IMG/VR virus record: IMGVR_UViG_3300025632_000008
Source: a virus
Reading direction: 5' to 3' (one strand)
Length of the DNA stretch: 32,511 nt
Each line of letters begins with the position of its first letter. The first letter of the stretch is position 1. This document shows positions 1 through 7,312 of this stretch, piece after piece. The translations under genes were made by a program, and so were the position numbers. Below the pieces are notes generated by a model, which saw only the letters and a list, made by a program, of their open reading frames with translations, searched no databases and had not been told where the DNA came from.

Positions 1-127
1 ATCATACACCTGTTCGATCAGAATGTTGAGCTAATCATTGAAGGCTTGGCTGCTCGGTCGGGCCGAGAGTTTCAGGAAGTTCTTTTACTTTTACAGAAAG
101 GTAGGAAACTACATGGCACACACGGTA
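1..127. repeat. Terminal direct repeat, copy 1 (identical to 32385..32511)
   Basis: Read base by base: atcatacacctgttcgatcag...catggcacacacggta occurs at both window ends. This implies a 32,384-bp unit. Confidence 0.9.
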
Positions 128-364
128 TTAGATAATTGGAAAGTGCTGCCGCGCCTGATGATGCTGGCAGTCACTGTGCTGACCTATCAGGCGGTGCATT
201 GGTTCATGGGGTTAGATGATCCCAGCGTTGCACAATCAGGGCTTGTAAGCGTCTGTATGGGCGCCCTGACAGGGTGCTTTGGCATATGGATGGGTAAAGA
301 GTCCAAGACTACAGTTACAAACACAGCTTCATCGTCTAAGGTAGAGTATGAGGTAGACAAATGA
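113..364 (+). CDS. Holin-like membrane protein, 83 aa, two predicted TM helices and a charged C-terminus
   Basis: The ATG at 113 is preceded by aaaggtagga. Hydrophobic segments are LMMLAVTVLTYQAVHWFMGL and GLVSVCMGALTGCFGIWMG, with tail KESK..EYEVDK. It lies two genes upstream of the endolysin. The track's TTG start at 38 is less likely. Confidence 0.6.
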   Translation: MAHTVLDNWKVLPRLMMLAVTVLTYQAVHWFMGLDDPSVAQSGLVSVCMGALTGCFGIWMGKESKTTVTNTASSSKVEYEVDK

Positions 365-705
365 TCGCTCAAATTATTGGATCTCTTGGTGGACTAGCAT
401 CTACTTATCTCGATAGCAAAGCTGTCGTTAAGAAGGCAGAGGCAGAAACTAAAATGAAGATTGCTACTGGTGAGATTAGCTGGGAGCAGGCTGCTATACA
501 GGCAAGCAATAACTCTTGGAAGGATGAGGCTTGGACTGTAGCTTTCATAGCCATAATCATGTGTTCGTTTGTGCCTCCGCTTCAGCCCTATATGAAGGAG
601 GGCTTCGCTAATATTTCAGCTGCACCTGAGTGGTTTCAGTGGGCTTGCTTTAGCTCAATTGCTGCCAGCTTTGGTATTCGTACAATGAAGGGGTTTAAGA
701 AATGA
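361..705 (+). CDS. Membrane protein, possible second holin (reminiscent of 3TM/GTA-type holins)
   Basis: ATGA overlap with the upstream gene. N-terminus IIGSLGGLASTYLDSK, then a helical region and hydrophobic segments AWTVAFIAIIMCSFVPPL and WFQWACFSSIAASFGI. Family resemblance is from memory only. Confidence 0.5.
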   Translation: MIAQIIGSLGGLASTYLDSKAVVKKAEAETKMKIATGEISWEQAAIQASNNSWKDEAWTVAFIAIIMCSFVPPLQPYMKEGFANISAAPEWFQWACFSSIAASFGIRTMKGFKK

Positions 706-1157
706 GTTATAAGTTAGGTAAGCGCAGCCTTGATAGGTTGATCGGTGTTGATGAGCGCATGGTTGCTATTGTTAAGTATGCAATCAATGTAACTAAGCAG
801 GACTTTTCTGTGATCTGTGGGCTGCGCACCATCGAGGAGCAGAGAGCATTGGTTGCTAAGGGTGCAAGTCAGACAATGAAGTCAAAGCATATTGATGGAT
901 TGGCTGTTGATCTTATGGCTTACGTTGATGGCGGCAGATGGGAACTCAATCTCTATGACGAGATTGCTGACGCTATGGCAGAGGCCGCGCGTGAGGTAGA
1001 TGTTCCTATTCGTTGGGGTGCAGCTTGGTCTGTGCCAAACATTGCTCAGTACAGTGAGGGGAACATGGAAGATGCAATGAATAGTTACATTGATTTGCGC
1101 AGATCGCAGGGTCGAAGACCATTTATTGATGGACCTCACTTTGAGTTAGTTGTATAA
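702..1157 (+). CDS. Endolysin, peptidase M15 (VanY / L-Ala-D-Glu peptidase type)
   Basis: Motifs GLRTIEEQRALVAKGAS, SKHIDGLAVDL (H..D zinc ligands) and C-terminal DGPHFEL. ATGA overlap with the upstream membrane-protein gene. Confidence 0.85.
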   Translation: MSYKLGKRSLDRLIGVDERMVAIVKYAINVTKQDFSVICGLRTIEEQRALVAKGASQTMKSKHIDGLAVDLMAYVDGGRWELNLYDEIADAMAEAAREVDVPIRWGAAWSVPNIAQYSEGNMEDAMNSYIDLRRSQGRRPFIDGPHFELVV

Positions 1158-1278
1158 GATTCGAGTGGGTGGCTATCATCACAAGTAAGATCGACTTACC
1201 GCGGGACGGTGGTTGTTTAGCCTAAGATGACGTTGCTACCAAATGTGCCAACATTCAAATCAACGGCCACCCACACGA

Positions 1279-1965
1279 TTACTTTCTGCTGTAATGATAG
1301 ACACTGTTCTTTTTATTAGTGCCTACCTGCACTCGTTCTCTAGTAAGCACTCCATCCCGGTACATGAGGTCTAGCATCTGGCTAGCTATACGGAGTCCTA
1401 GTTTAGTTTCTCTGTTTATATCTTCAGCTACTCTAGTTTGTTTTTTACTGAAGCAGGACATTATCATTTGACGCCTAGCTATAGATTGTTCTCGTTGCTT
1501 TCTGATTGAAGCGTTTGTTGCTGTCTCAGGTGTGTATTTTTTTTGTTCAGGAAATGCTGGCCGCATCTTCAGGTCGATCATCTTCTGTTCAAAGCTACGC
1601 CATGTTTCTGCATAGAGAAGCTCATACTTCTCTGCCCTTGGTAGCTTGCTGTTGTAGATCTCGTCTATTCTTTTTGCGCTATCTGTATCAGTGCTTTTAT
1701 TTCTTCTAGTTCTTGCTTTAGGTTGTGGCGCTGCTTGCTGTCCGCTATTAACACCATAGTTTTCAGCAGACGTTTGGCTCTGTTTAAGGCGATCTTCCCT
1801 TCTTCTTTCATTTGCTTTTCTCCTTGGACATACAAATTTAATTTCATATTTCTTGGTTAGTCTTTGTACTTCTGCATATGGTATATCAAGTAAGGTTGAT
1901 GCTTCGCGTTGAGTTAGTCCCATTTCCGCTGCGTTGATACACTTGCTTATGTCTGACTTCTGCAT
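1279..1965 (-). CDS. Putative DNA-binding protein (N-terminal HTH-like, basic linker, C-terminal winged-helix-like)
   Basis: GLTQREASTLLDIPYAEVQRL near the N-terminus and an R/K-rich middle. C-terminus is TRVAEDINRETKLGLRIASQMLDLMYRDGVLTRERV. RBS taagagg upstream. Last gene of the leftward block, downstream of a terminator. Confidence 0.55.
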   Translation of the reverse strand: MQKSDISKCINAAEMGLTQREASTLLDIPYAEVQRLTKKYEIKFVCPRRKANERRREDRLKQSQTSAENYGVNSGQQAAPQPKARTRRNKSTDTDSAKRIDEIYNSKLPRAEKYELLYAETWRSFEQKMIDLKMRPAFPEQKKYTPETATNASIRKQREQSIARRQMIMSCFSKKQTRVAEDINRETKLGLRIASQMLDLMYRDGVLTRERVQVGTNKKNSVYHYSRK

Positions 1966-1983
1966 GTGTGCCTCTTATTAGTT

Positions 1984-2012
1984 AAAAAAAGGGACAGCCC
2001 TAAGACTGCCCC
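1984..2012 (-). terminator. Rho-independent terminator after the SSB-like gene
   Basis: Minus strand reads GGGGCAG-tcttaggg-CTGTCCC (7-bp stem with one G-U) followed by TTTTTTT. It lies between the stop at 2036 and the next start at 1965. Confidence 0.7.
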
Positions 2013-2035
2013 AGTTGTCGGAGAACACCTCCTTT

Positions 2036-2407
2036 CTAAAACGGTATGTCATCACCTTGCAAGGGGTCGGTTGTTGGCGCTGCGCCTCCCGACATCTTGT
2101 CGCTCACTTGGAATGACATATAAGGCTTACCATCTTTCATCTTCTTCCATCCGGCAAGGCGTTTGCTGTCACCAAATGGGCCACTGTAATCAGGAGCTGA
2201 CTCGTTCCCCTTCTTATCGTTCTCAAAGAAGGTTCCTGCTTTTTCGTAAACCTCGATGATCTGCTTGCCATCACGGGTTTGGTCGCGCACCAGCATCACC
2301 TTTTTATCTGCGCCCTCGACGTTGAGCTTGCCTTGCAGGATCATCTGCTGCGTAGGAAATGGGGTGAAGGCTGCGCCTCGGTTAGTGTCGTCGTATTGTT
2401 CTGCCAT
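2036..2407 (-). CDS. Putative ssDNA-binding protein, non-canonical, with an SSB-type acidic C-terminal tip (..GDDIPF)
   Basis: The ATG at 2407 is preceded by caaaggagcc. The C-terminus PTTDPLQGDDIPF matches the bacterial SSB tip DDDIPF. Adjacent to erf and the exonuclease. The longer 143-aa track ORF lacks an RBS. Confidence 0.6.
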   Translation of the reverse strand: MAEQYDDTNRGAAFTPFPTQQMILQGKLNVEGADKKVMLVRDQTRDGKQIIEVYEKAGTFFENDKKGNESAPDYSGPFGDSKRLAGWKKMKDGKPYMSFQVSDKMSGGAAPTTDPLQGDDIPF

Positions 2408-2434
2408 GCTTCTGGCTCCTTTGATTAAGTTAGT

Positions 2435-2461
2435 GAGGCGGTTCGTGGAACATGCCGCCTC
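2435..2461 (-). promoter_or_regulatory. Stem-loop in the leader of the SSB-like gene
   Basis: GAGGCGG-13 nt-CCGCCTC, a perfect 7-bp stem between the erf terminator and the SSB-like RBS. Confidence 0.35.
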
Positions 2462-2470
2462 GGTCATGCT

Positions 2471-2502
2471 AAAAAACTGAAGACGGTGGTATAATCTTCA
2501 GT
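2471..2502 (-). terminator. Rho-independent terminator after erf
   Basis: Minus strand reads ACTGAAGA-ttataccaccg-TCTTCAGT (8-bp stem) followed by TTTTTT, 12 nt after the erf stop. Confidence 0.7.
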
Positions 2503-2513
2503 ACCCACAATTC

Positions 2514-2954
2514 CTACCATCCGCCCGGTCCGGATGTATCTCCCGATGTTAAGCCCTTCGTGACTTGAACACCGCTCGATTGCTTGGCGGCTATGTTGCC
2601 GTCATCATCTTCTGTTGCAAGGCAAGCCATACCTAGCAAGCCGTAGCGTCTAGCGTACGTTATAGCGCTGCCTAAACCCTGCATGTCCTGCTTACTCAAG
2701 ACTAGGTAAACCTTGCTTGAGAAGGCTTCTCCTGAAGTGTGAAGTAGCTTTGTTTCTACATACACACCCAGCTCGTCACGGCCACAGGGTTGCATGACTA
2801 CGAACCCGTTGTCTTGGAACACGCTTGACGTAGCGTCAATTACTGCATCGAGAGATGCGTATTTGTTCTTGAAGTGTGGGTTTACGCTATCTTTCTTTAC
2901 CGTTTCCATAGCTTGCTGCGCTTTGAGTAGCGCCTTGATTGCTGTGTCACTCAT
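2514..2954 (-). CDS. erf: ERF-family single-strand annealing protein
   Basis: NPHFKNKYASLDAVIDA and GSAITYARRYGLLGMACLATEDDDG are typical ERF-superfamily motifs. Overlaps the exonuclease gene by 8 nt. Confidence 0.85.
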   Translation of the reverse strand: MSDTAIKALLKAQQAMETVKKDSVNPHFKNKYASLDAVIDATSSVFQDNGFVVMQPCGRDELGVYVETKLLHTSGEAFSSKVYLVLSKQDMQGLGSAITYARRYGLLGMACLATEDDDGNIAAKQSSGVQVTKGLTSGDTSGPGGW

Positions 2955-3753
2955 TGGTTGTTCTCCTTGTTATGCGGATGGCTCCGCGTTTGTCACGTTT
3001 AGCTGTGAGCTGATCGCAGTAAACTTCACGTTCATTGTCACCAACCATATCTTTGATTTGTTTTTTGGCTGACTCGAATGTCTTAGCTGCCGCTTCATTT
3101 TCTATGTATGTAATAGCGGCGTCCACAAATTGGTTGTCACTTGTGGCGTTGCGCTTGACCATGTTGTCCACCGACACCTTGTCAATGCTAAGTTGTATCG
3201 GCTGGTCATTACCAATTGGCTCTTCATCGCGAAGCACGTAACCCCAGAAATCTGACACCACTGCCCACATAGAATTGAAATACTCTTTGTTCCTGCTGAC
3301 ATAGGCTGACTCCCATTTGTTGTTGCCGAAGATAACAGATAAATACGCACCTTCTGCACCTGCAAGCTCTATGTACAGCTGCACTTGCGGCATGTAGTAT
3401 TCAATTACTTTGTCTAAAGTATTGTAGGCATTGGTGTGCTTGGCTTCGACAATATGTGCATCATTTATTTTGGTTTCGTTGTCTGTGTAAACCATGCCAT
3501 CAAACGTACCTTTAGCTGGTACGCCGTCAATCATATCGTTTTCAGTTAGCTGCTTGTTGTATAGGTTGAAGCCATACTCATGGGCAAACCACTCTAGATT
3601 AAAGTCCTCAGTGTAAACGCCCATCTGCACAGCGATGTTACGAGACAGATCTTCGGGCTCAACTCTCCCTGTCTTGACTTGCCATAACTCCAACCAGTTC
3701 CCCTGCATTATTTTTACGCAGTCGGAACCACCTATGAAACCCTTGCGTTCCAT
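2947..3753 (-). CDS. YqaJ-like (lambda Exo-type, PD-(D/E)XK) recombination exonuclease
   Basis: N-terminus GFIGGSDCVKIMQGNWLELWQVKTGR and later IVEAKH are typical of YqaJ viral recombinase exonucleases. Strong RBS aaaggagaacaac. Confidence 0.85.
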   Translation of the reverse strand: MERKGFIGGSDCVKIMQGNWLELWQVKTGRVEPEDLSRNIAVQMGVYTEDFNLEWFAHEYGFNLYNKQLTENDMIDGVPAKGTFDGMVYTDNETKINDAHIVEAKHTNAYNTLDKVIEYYMPQVQLYIELAGAEGAYLSVIFGNNKWESAYVSRNKEYFNSMWAVVSDFWGYVLRDEEPIGNDQPIQLSIDKVSVDNMVKRNATSDNQFVDAAITYIENEAAAKTFESAKKQIKDMVGDNEREVYCDQLTAKRDKRGAIRITRRTTNE

Positions 3754-3813
3754 GTTGTTCTCCTTTGTTATCTGATACTAGCCTATCGCTTATGTGCGAC
3801 TTAGGCAATATGA

Positions 3814-3830
3814 AGTGACGTTACGTCACT
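3814..3830. promoter_or_regulatory. Palindrome AGTGACG-TTA-CGTCACT (GTGACG-N3-CGTCAC motif, instance 1)
   Basis: Perfect inverted repeat 60-75 nt upstream of the exonuclease start. On the minus strand it is followed by CATATTGCC. Confidence 0.45.
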
Positions 3831-4092
3831 CGTACTTTCCGTACTTCTCAAAGTCTTCTTCGCTGAGGTGTTGGAATTTCTTGAGCCGCTGTTTTGTTAT
3901 ACCCTTAAGATATGGCTCACCTACCGCTTCGCCATTACGAATACGCTGCGCAATAATCTTATCGCTGTCCAGCACATAGCCAGACCTCTTGTACTCACGG
4001 GCCATGACAGGAGAGCTTGCTGCCTTACTGACATGAGCGTCCCATACAGATGGTCTTGCTGCATCACTGAGCTTGGTTGTTTTATATGTCAT
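3826..4092 (-). CDS. Hypothetical protein, 88 aa
   Basis: ORF with an ATGA overlap to the upstream 59-aa ORF. No recognisable motif. Confidence 0.6.
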   Translation of the reverse strand: MTYKTTKLSDAARPSVWDAHVSKAASSPVMAREYKRSGYVLDSDKIIAQRIRNGEAVGEPYLKGITKQRLKKFQHLSEEDFEKYGKYE

Positions 4093-4268
4093 GGTCTACC
4101 TACATCCATAAGGGTAACTGCTACCTGATCGTCACCCTTCAGTTCACTTATAAATTCTTCTTTGGCTATGCGTTCTGCGTTAGCAAGGGAGTCAGATACA
4201 ATCGTAATGTCCCTGAATATAATCCCTTCTACTCTGAGCGTATAAGCTATTGGATGTGCGCGACTCAT
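4089..4268 (-). CDS. Hypothetical protein, 59 aa (below the ORF-track cutoff)
   Basis: Hand translation gives MSRAHPIAYTLRVEGIIFRDITIVSDSLANAERIAKEEFISELKGDDQVAVTLMDVGRP. ATGA overlaps at both ends fill an otherwise empty gap. Confidence 0.55.
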   Translation of the reverse strand: MSRAHPIAYTLRVEGIIFRDITIVSDSLANAERIAKEEFISELKGDDQVAVTLMDVGRP

Positions 4269-4480
4269 GTTCGTACCTTCGATGGGCTGTAATACTGTGC
4301 AATGCGAGTGCCGCTAGCGGTCTTGACCATTACCTTGTCGATCTCCATGCCTTCGTCTTTGAGGTCTTTGATTCGCGCCGCTAATCTAAAGCATCCGAAT
4401 GTTTGCAGTGCATCAATTGCTGTGATGCGATAGCCTTGCTTGAGATACGCTTTAATCTCATCTGTTTGTTTTATAGTCAT
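4265..4480 (-). CDS. Small winged-HTH DNA-binding protein
   Basis: The pattern ITAIDALQTFGCFRLAARIKDLKDEGMEI..G.RIAQYY resembles small phage wHTH proteins (HTH_39-like, from memory). RBS aaggagaacaca. Confidence 0.6.
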   Translation of the reverse strand: MTIKQTDEIKAYLKQGYRITAIDALQTFGCFRLAARIKDLKDEGMEIDKVMVKTASGTRIAQYYSPSKVRT

Positions 4481-4490
4481 TGTGTTCTCC

Positions 4491-4961
4491 TTAGACTAAG
4501 TTTTCTTTTGCATACAATCCAATGAGTGCGGCTTCTGCTCGTCCGTCATCTTTAACTCGTTTGAAATAGTGTGCATGGTTAGGGAAGCAGAGCTTCGCTA
4601 GTCTTCTACTTTCACCCTTGTCTCTTGAAAGGTCAAAGTATTTCTTCCACTGACGTGGCGTCACATATTTTATAGGTAGCTTTGAAGCAACGATACCCAT
4701 CTCTAGCTGACCAAAGCCCTGTCCGAATCTGAATGTACTGCTAACACCTTGATTAGGCATAGCATTTACACTCTCGATCACAGCTAAGGCTGGTTTGTTT
4801 CTTTGGTTAGATAGGATTGAAAGTAACTCAGGTAAGTTAATTAATGTCTTACCCTTTGGTGATTGGGCTACTGGAATATCGTAGATAACTAAGCTGTCTG
4901 TTTCTGTTTCATATATGCTGACTGCTCCTGTAAATCCGGGGTCGATTCCATAAATGAGCAT
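4491..4961 (-). CDS. RuvC-like Holliday junction resolvase
   Basis: GIDPGFTGAV at the N-terminus, VIESVNAMPNQGVSSTFRFGQGFG, VTPRQWKK and DDGRAEAALIG follow the RuvC-fold catalytic layout. Confidence 0.8.
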   Translation of the reverse strand: MLIYGIDPGFTGAVSIYETETDSLVIYDIPVAQSPKGKTLINLPELLSILSNQRNKPALAVIESVNAMPNQGVSSTFRFGQGFGQLEMGIVASKLPIKYVTPRQWKKYFDLSRDKGESRRLAKLCFPNHAHYFKRVKDDGRAEAALIGLYAKENLV

Positions 4962-4971
4962 GTCATTCTCC

Positions 4972-5247
4972 TTACCAGTCGGTTGGTGGCTTTGCGTTTG
5001 ACTCGATGCTAGATTCCCACGCGCCAGCCTGTAGCTTGACGCTAGGTTTCTTTAATCGTTTCTTGTTTGGTTTTGTCTTTGATGTTGGCTCTTGCCATTT
5101 GTCATTTACATAACAGCTCATGCAAATGAACCAGTGCTTCTCCATTGAGCGACCACTGTTTGTTTTAAGTACTGCTACAAAGAAATGTGTTGCCACTTGG
5201 CAAGCTACGCATATAGCTGCTTTACCTTTTAGTGATCGTGATGTCAT
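4972..5247 (-). CDS. Hypothetical protein with a CxxC...CxxC (zinc-ribbon-like) signature
   Basis: CVAC and CMSC pairs lie 26 residues apart, with a basic C-terminal half. The RBS is weak. Overlaps the upstream gene by 26 nt. Confidence 0.45.
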   Translation of the reverse strand: MTSRSLKGKAAICVACQVATHFFVAVLKTNSGRSMEKHWFICMSCYVNDKWQEPTSKTKPNKKRLKKPSVKLQAGAWESSIESNAKPPTDW

Positions 5248-5470
5248 AGCCTAAAGCATCCAACCAACAGTTGAGCATAAAGCCAGAGGGTATTCGTTTG
5301 TGTGTTTCCCACTTGTGTATTAAGGATTCTGTGCATCCTATTTTATAGGCTAATTTTTCTTGACTTAACTTTTGCTTTGATCGAGCGGCGCTCAACATTT
5401 CTACCATTAGCTCGTAGTTCTTTGGTATTTTCAACGGCGTCTTGTATCTGTCTAACTTGCTCGATGGCAT
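5222..5470 (-). CDS. XRE/Cro-type HTH transcriptional regulator
   Basis: KLSQEKLAYKIGCTESLIHKWETHKRIP is a classic HTH_3 core. RBS gaggataagtt precedes the ATG at 5470. Confidence 0.75.
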   Translation of the reverse strand: MPSSKLDRYKTPLKIPKNYELMVEMLSAARSKQKLSQEKLAYKIGCTESLIHKWETHKRIPSGFMLNCWLDALGYDITITKR

Positions 5471-5627
5471 AACTTATCCTCAGCGCAGTATAAAACCTCA
5501 ACTCCGTATCTTTCTTTATGGTTCTGTAGTAGGTAGAACGTGGGATATTAGCGCGACTAAAAGCTTTAAGCAGAGACACGTTAGCTGCCTCCGCTTGTTC
5601 AGTTATTGTTTCAAGATACGATTTCAT
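5343..5627 (-). CDS. Putative small HTH protein; its C-terminal 42 codons overlap the XRE gene out of frame
   Basis: AANVSLLKAFSRANIPRSTYYRTIKK resembles a resolvase/excisionase-type HTH. There is no clear SD upstream, only the palindrome gcattaatgc. Confidence 0.45.
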   Translation of the reverse strand: MKSYLETITEQAEAANVSLLKAFSRANIPRSTYYRTIKKDTELRFYTALRISYAIEQVRQIQDAVENTKELRANGRNVERRSIKAKVKSRKISL

Positions 5628-5646
5628 GCCGCATTAATGCAGCAAT

Positions 5647-5832
5647 CTATTCGTCGAAGTCAACATCCCAGACTTCGATTTCTCCTGATCCGTTGCAGTT
5701 GTCGCATGGTTCTGACTCAAAGTATGGCTCAGGTGCATCGTTGTATGATGTCCTTACTGGCATTGACTCCACTTCAATGAAGCCATCACCACTACATTCT
5801 TTGCAAGCCACTGTGATTCTGTACTGTTTCAT
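5647..5832 (-). CDS. Small DnaJ-type zinc-finger protein (two CxxCxGxG repeats)
   Basis: CKECSGDG and CDNCNGSG are present, with an acidic C-terminus. ATGA overlap with the upstream gene. Confidence 0.7.
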   Translation of the reverse strand: MKQYRITVACKECSGDGFIEVESMPVRTSYNDAPEPYFESEPCDNCNGSGEIEVWDVDFDE

Positions 5833-6035
5833 TGGTATGGTATTTCATCCTCTACAATTGGGGCTACATAGTTCTCCTCCCATGCAGCTGTGCCTCTGCG
5901 GATAAACTTATCTCGATCAAACTTTGGATTAGTTTTCTCAAGTTCATCTGCAATGCTATGAAGGTGAGTGGGCCACGGTACAAGTGGCCCTAATGTATCT
6001 GCTAAATACTCAAAGTGTTGTCGTGACATACGCAT
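5829..6035 (-). CDS. Hypothetical protein, 68 aa, acidic tail ..VEDEIPYQ
   Basis: ORF tightly packed in the operon. No known motif. Confidence 0.55.
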   Translation of the reverse strand: MRMSRQHFEYLADTLGPLVPWPTHLHSIADELEKTNPKFDRDKFIRRGTAAWEENYVAPIVEDEIPYQ

Positions 6036-6038
6036 TAC

Positions 6039-6233
6039 TTAATCCTCCATTATCTCATCTAAAGTTGTTTCAGTATTTAGCGTGTGCTTGTTGCGCATCT
6101 CATCAAACACAGAAGCGGGGCTTTCTTTAAAGAGATGCTCATATATGCCCTCATCCTTTACATAGTCAGGCACTTCATATTCTGGATACCAAGTGTCTGT
6201 GCGTGTAAGTTTCAGTTTAATTGTCCTAGTCAT
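6039..6233 (-). CDS. Hypothetical small acidic protein, 64 aa
   Basis: RBS taaggagatggcgta. Rich in D and E. Confidence 0.6.
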   Translation of the reverse strand: MTRTIKLKLTRTDTWYPEYEVPDYVKDEGIYEHLFKESPASVFDEMRNKHTLNTETTLDEIMED

Positions 6234-6245
6234 TACGCCATCTCC

Positions 6246-7094
6246 TTAGATTACGTTCTCACCTACCATTGAGGTAAACAGTTTGTGATTCATTGCATTG
6301 CTGATTGCTATCTCGCGATTGTAACGTGCAATCTGTGGTGACTTAAGGTCATTGGTATGCGTGGCCCAGTGGGTCAGGCAGTTATACAATGCCCACTTGT
6401 TGTGACCGAGATCCATCTTCTCACGATCCCAACCTGAGATAAGATTCTCAAGTTGCTTCTCGTTTGTCTTGGTCACTTGCTGCTGCTTGGTTACTACCTT
6501 GCATATGGTTGACCGAAAGAACTGCTCGACCTGATCGTTGTTTAATCTTGTCTGCATCCATGATTGCCACTGCTTGCTCCGTCCCATGAAATGTTCCGCA
6601 CCACCTATGATCTTGGCAGCGCTCCCGTCTACGTTAACTGACGCTGTGTGCTTGAAGCGTGACTTCGCAATAGCATCTGGTGTTGTGCATCCATTCAAGC
6701 ACCACAGTCTGAGACCATTGGCTTGCTGAGAAAAGGACCATGATCCGTCATAGCTATTGAAGAAGCTGACACGGAACTGAACGTAGTCACCTACTGCTGG
6801 CTGCTGCACTAGATCAGGAAAGATGATCTCACCTCGTAGCTTACGGCCATCTTCGATTACATCTACGTTGACCTCATAGTCACTGGTCAGCTTGCTTGCT
6901 TTAACTCCATCAAGGATAGAGTTGACTACATCATCGTGCGGTATCATTCGATAGCGTGACCCATGCAAGCCGAGTGTCTTGCCTGTGTCTGTGCGTACGA
7001 TGCACTTGTGATCTGGAATAAGCTCACCGTCTTGAGTAAAGACTGGCTGCTCTTCTACTGGAAAGTTGTAGCTGTTGGATTGAAAGTCTAGCAT
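6246..7094 (-). CDS. DUF932/DUF945-like phage/plasmid protein
   Basis: The patterns GSRYRMIPHDDV, FFNSYDGSWSF and GLRLWCLNGC match the DUF932 family layout as I remember it. Confidence 0.7.
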   Translation of the reverse strand: MLDFQSNSYNFPVEEQPVFTQDGELIPDHKCIVRTDTGKTLGLHGSRYRMIPHDDVVNSILDGVKASKLTSDYEVNVDVIEDGRKLRGEIIFPDLVQQPAVGDYVQFRVSFFNSYDGSWSFSQQANGLRLWCLNGCTTPDAIAKSRFKHTASVNVDGSAAKIIGGAEHFMGRSKQWQSWMQTRLNNDQVEQFFRSTICKVVTKQQQVTKTNEKQLENLISGWDREKMDLGHNKWALYNCLTHWATHTNDLKSPQIARYNREIAISNAMNHKLFTSMVGENVI

Positions 7095-7282
7095 AGCGCG
7101 TTCTCCCTTGCGTCTATTGTTTCTGAGATCATAAACCTAAGATCGTTCCTATCTTTGCCGAACATTTTGATGTTCATTTCATTGCCATTACCATCAACAA
7201 AGCTGATTTCTTTGACGGCAAAGTTGTCATGGATTGTTACTTTAACCCTGACGTTTGTTACTCTGTGTGCTGATACTTCCAT
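7088..7282 (-). CDS. Hypothetical protein, 64 aa; first gene of a leftward operon
   Basis: Strong RBS aaggagaacaca. Overlaps the next gene by 7 nt. Confidence 0.6.
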   Translation of the reverse strand: MEVSAHRVTNVRVKVTIHDNFAVKEISFVDGNGNEMNIKMFGKDRNDLRFMISETIDARENALC

Positions 7283-7312
7283 TGTGTTCTCCTTAGAAGT
7301 TTATTTAAAGTT

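Noticed and set aside
38-112. TTG start at 38 giving a 108-aa holin
   Set aside because: The extension would overlap almost all of the junction-spanning ORF and lacks an SD. The ATG at 113 has aaaggtagga upstream and yields a typical two-TM holin size.
1158-1278. tRNA or tRNA-like gene (TTCAAAT and TTCGAGT strings, long closing stem)
   Set aside because: No cloverleaf can be drawn on either strand. The T-loop-like strings are not flanked by complementary 5-bp arms, and 110 nt between stem ends is too long.
4478-4495. Identical 18-mer CATTGTGTTCTCCTTAGA at 4478-4495 and 7280-7297
   Set aside because: On the minus strand it is TCTAAGGAGAACACAATG, that is stop-codon context plus the consensus SD (AAGGAGAAC) plus the start codon. 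It is explained by strong RBS conservation, not a mobile or regulatory repeat.
5343-5470. Programmed frameshift fusing the 94-aa HTH ORF to the XRE ORF
   Set aside because: The XRE frame is closed by TAA and TGA codons immediately upstream of its ATG. I saw no slippery heptamer in the overlap, and the XRE gene has its own good SD.
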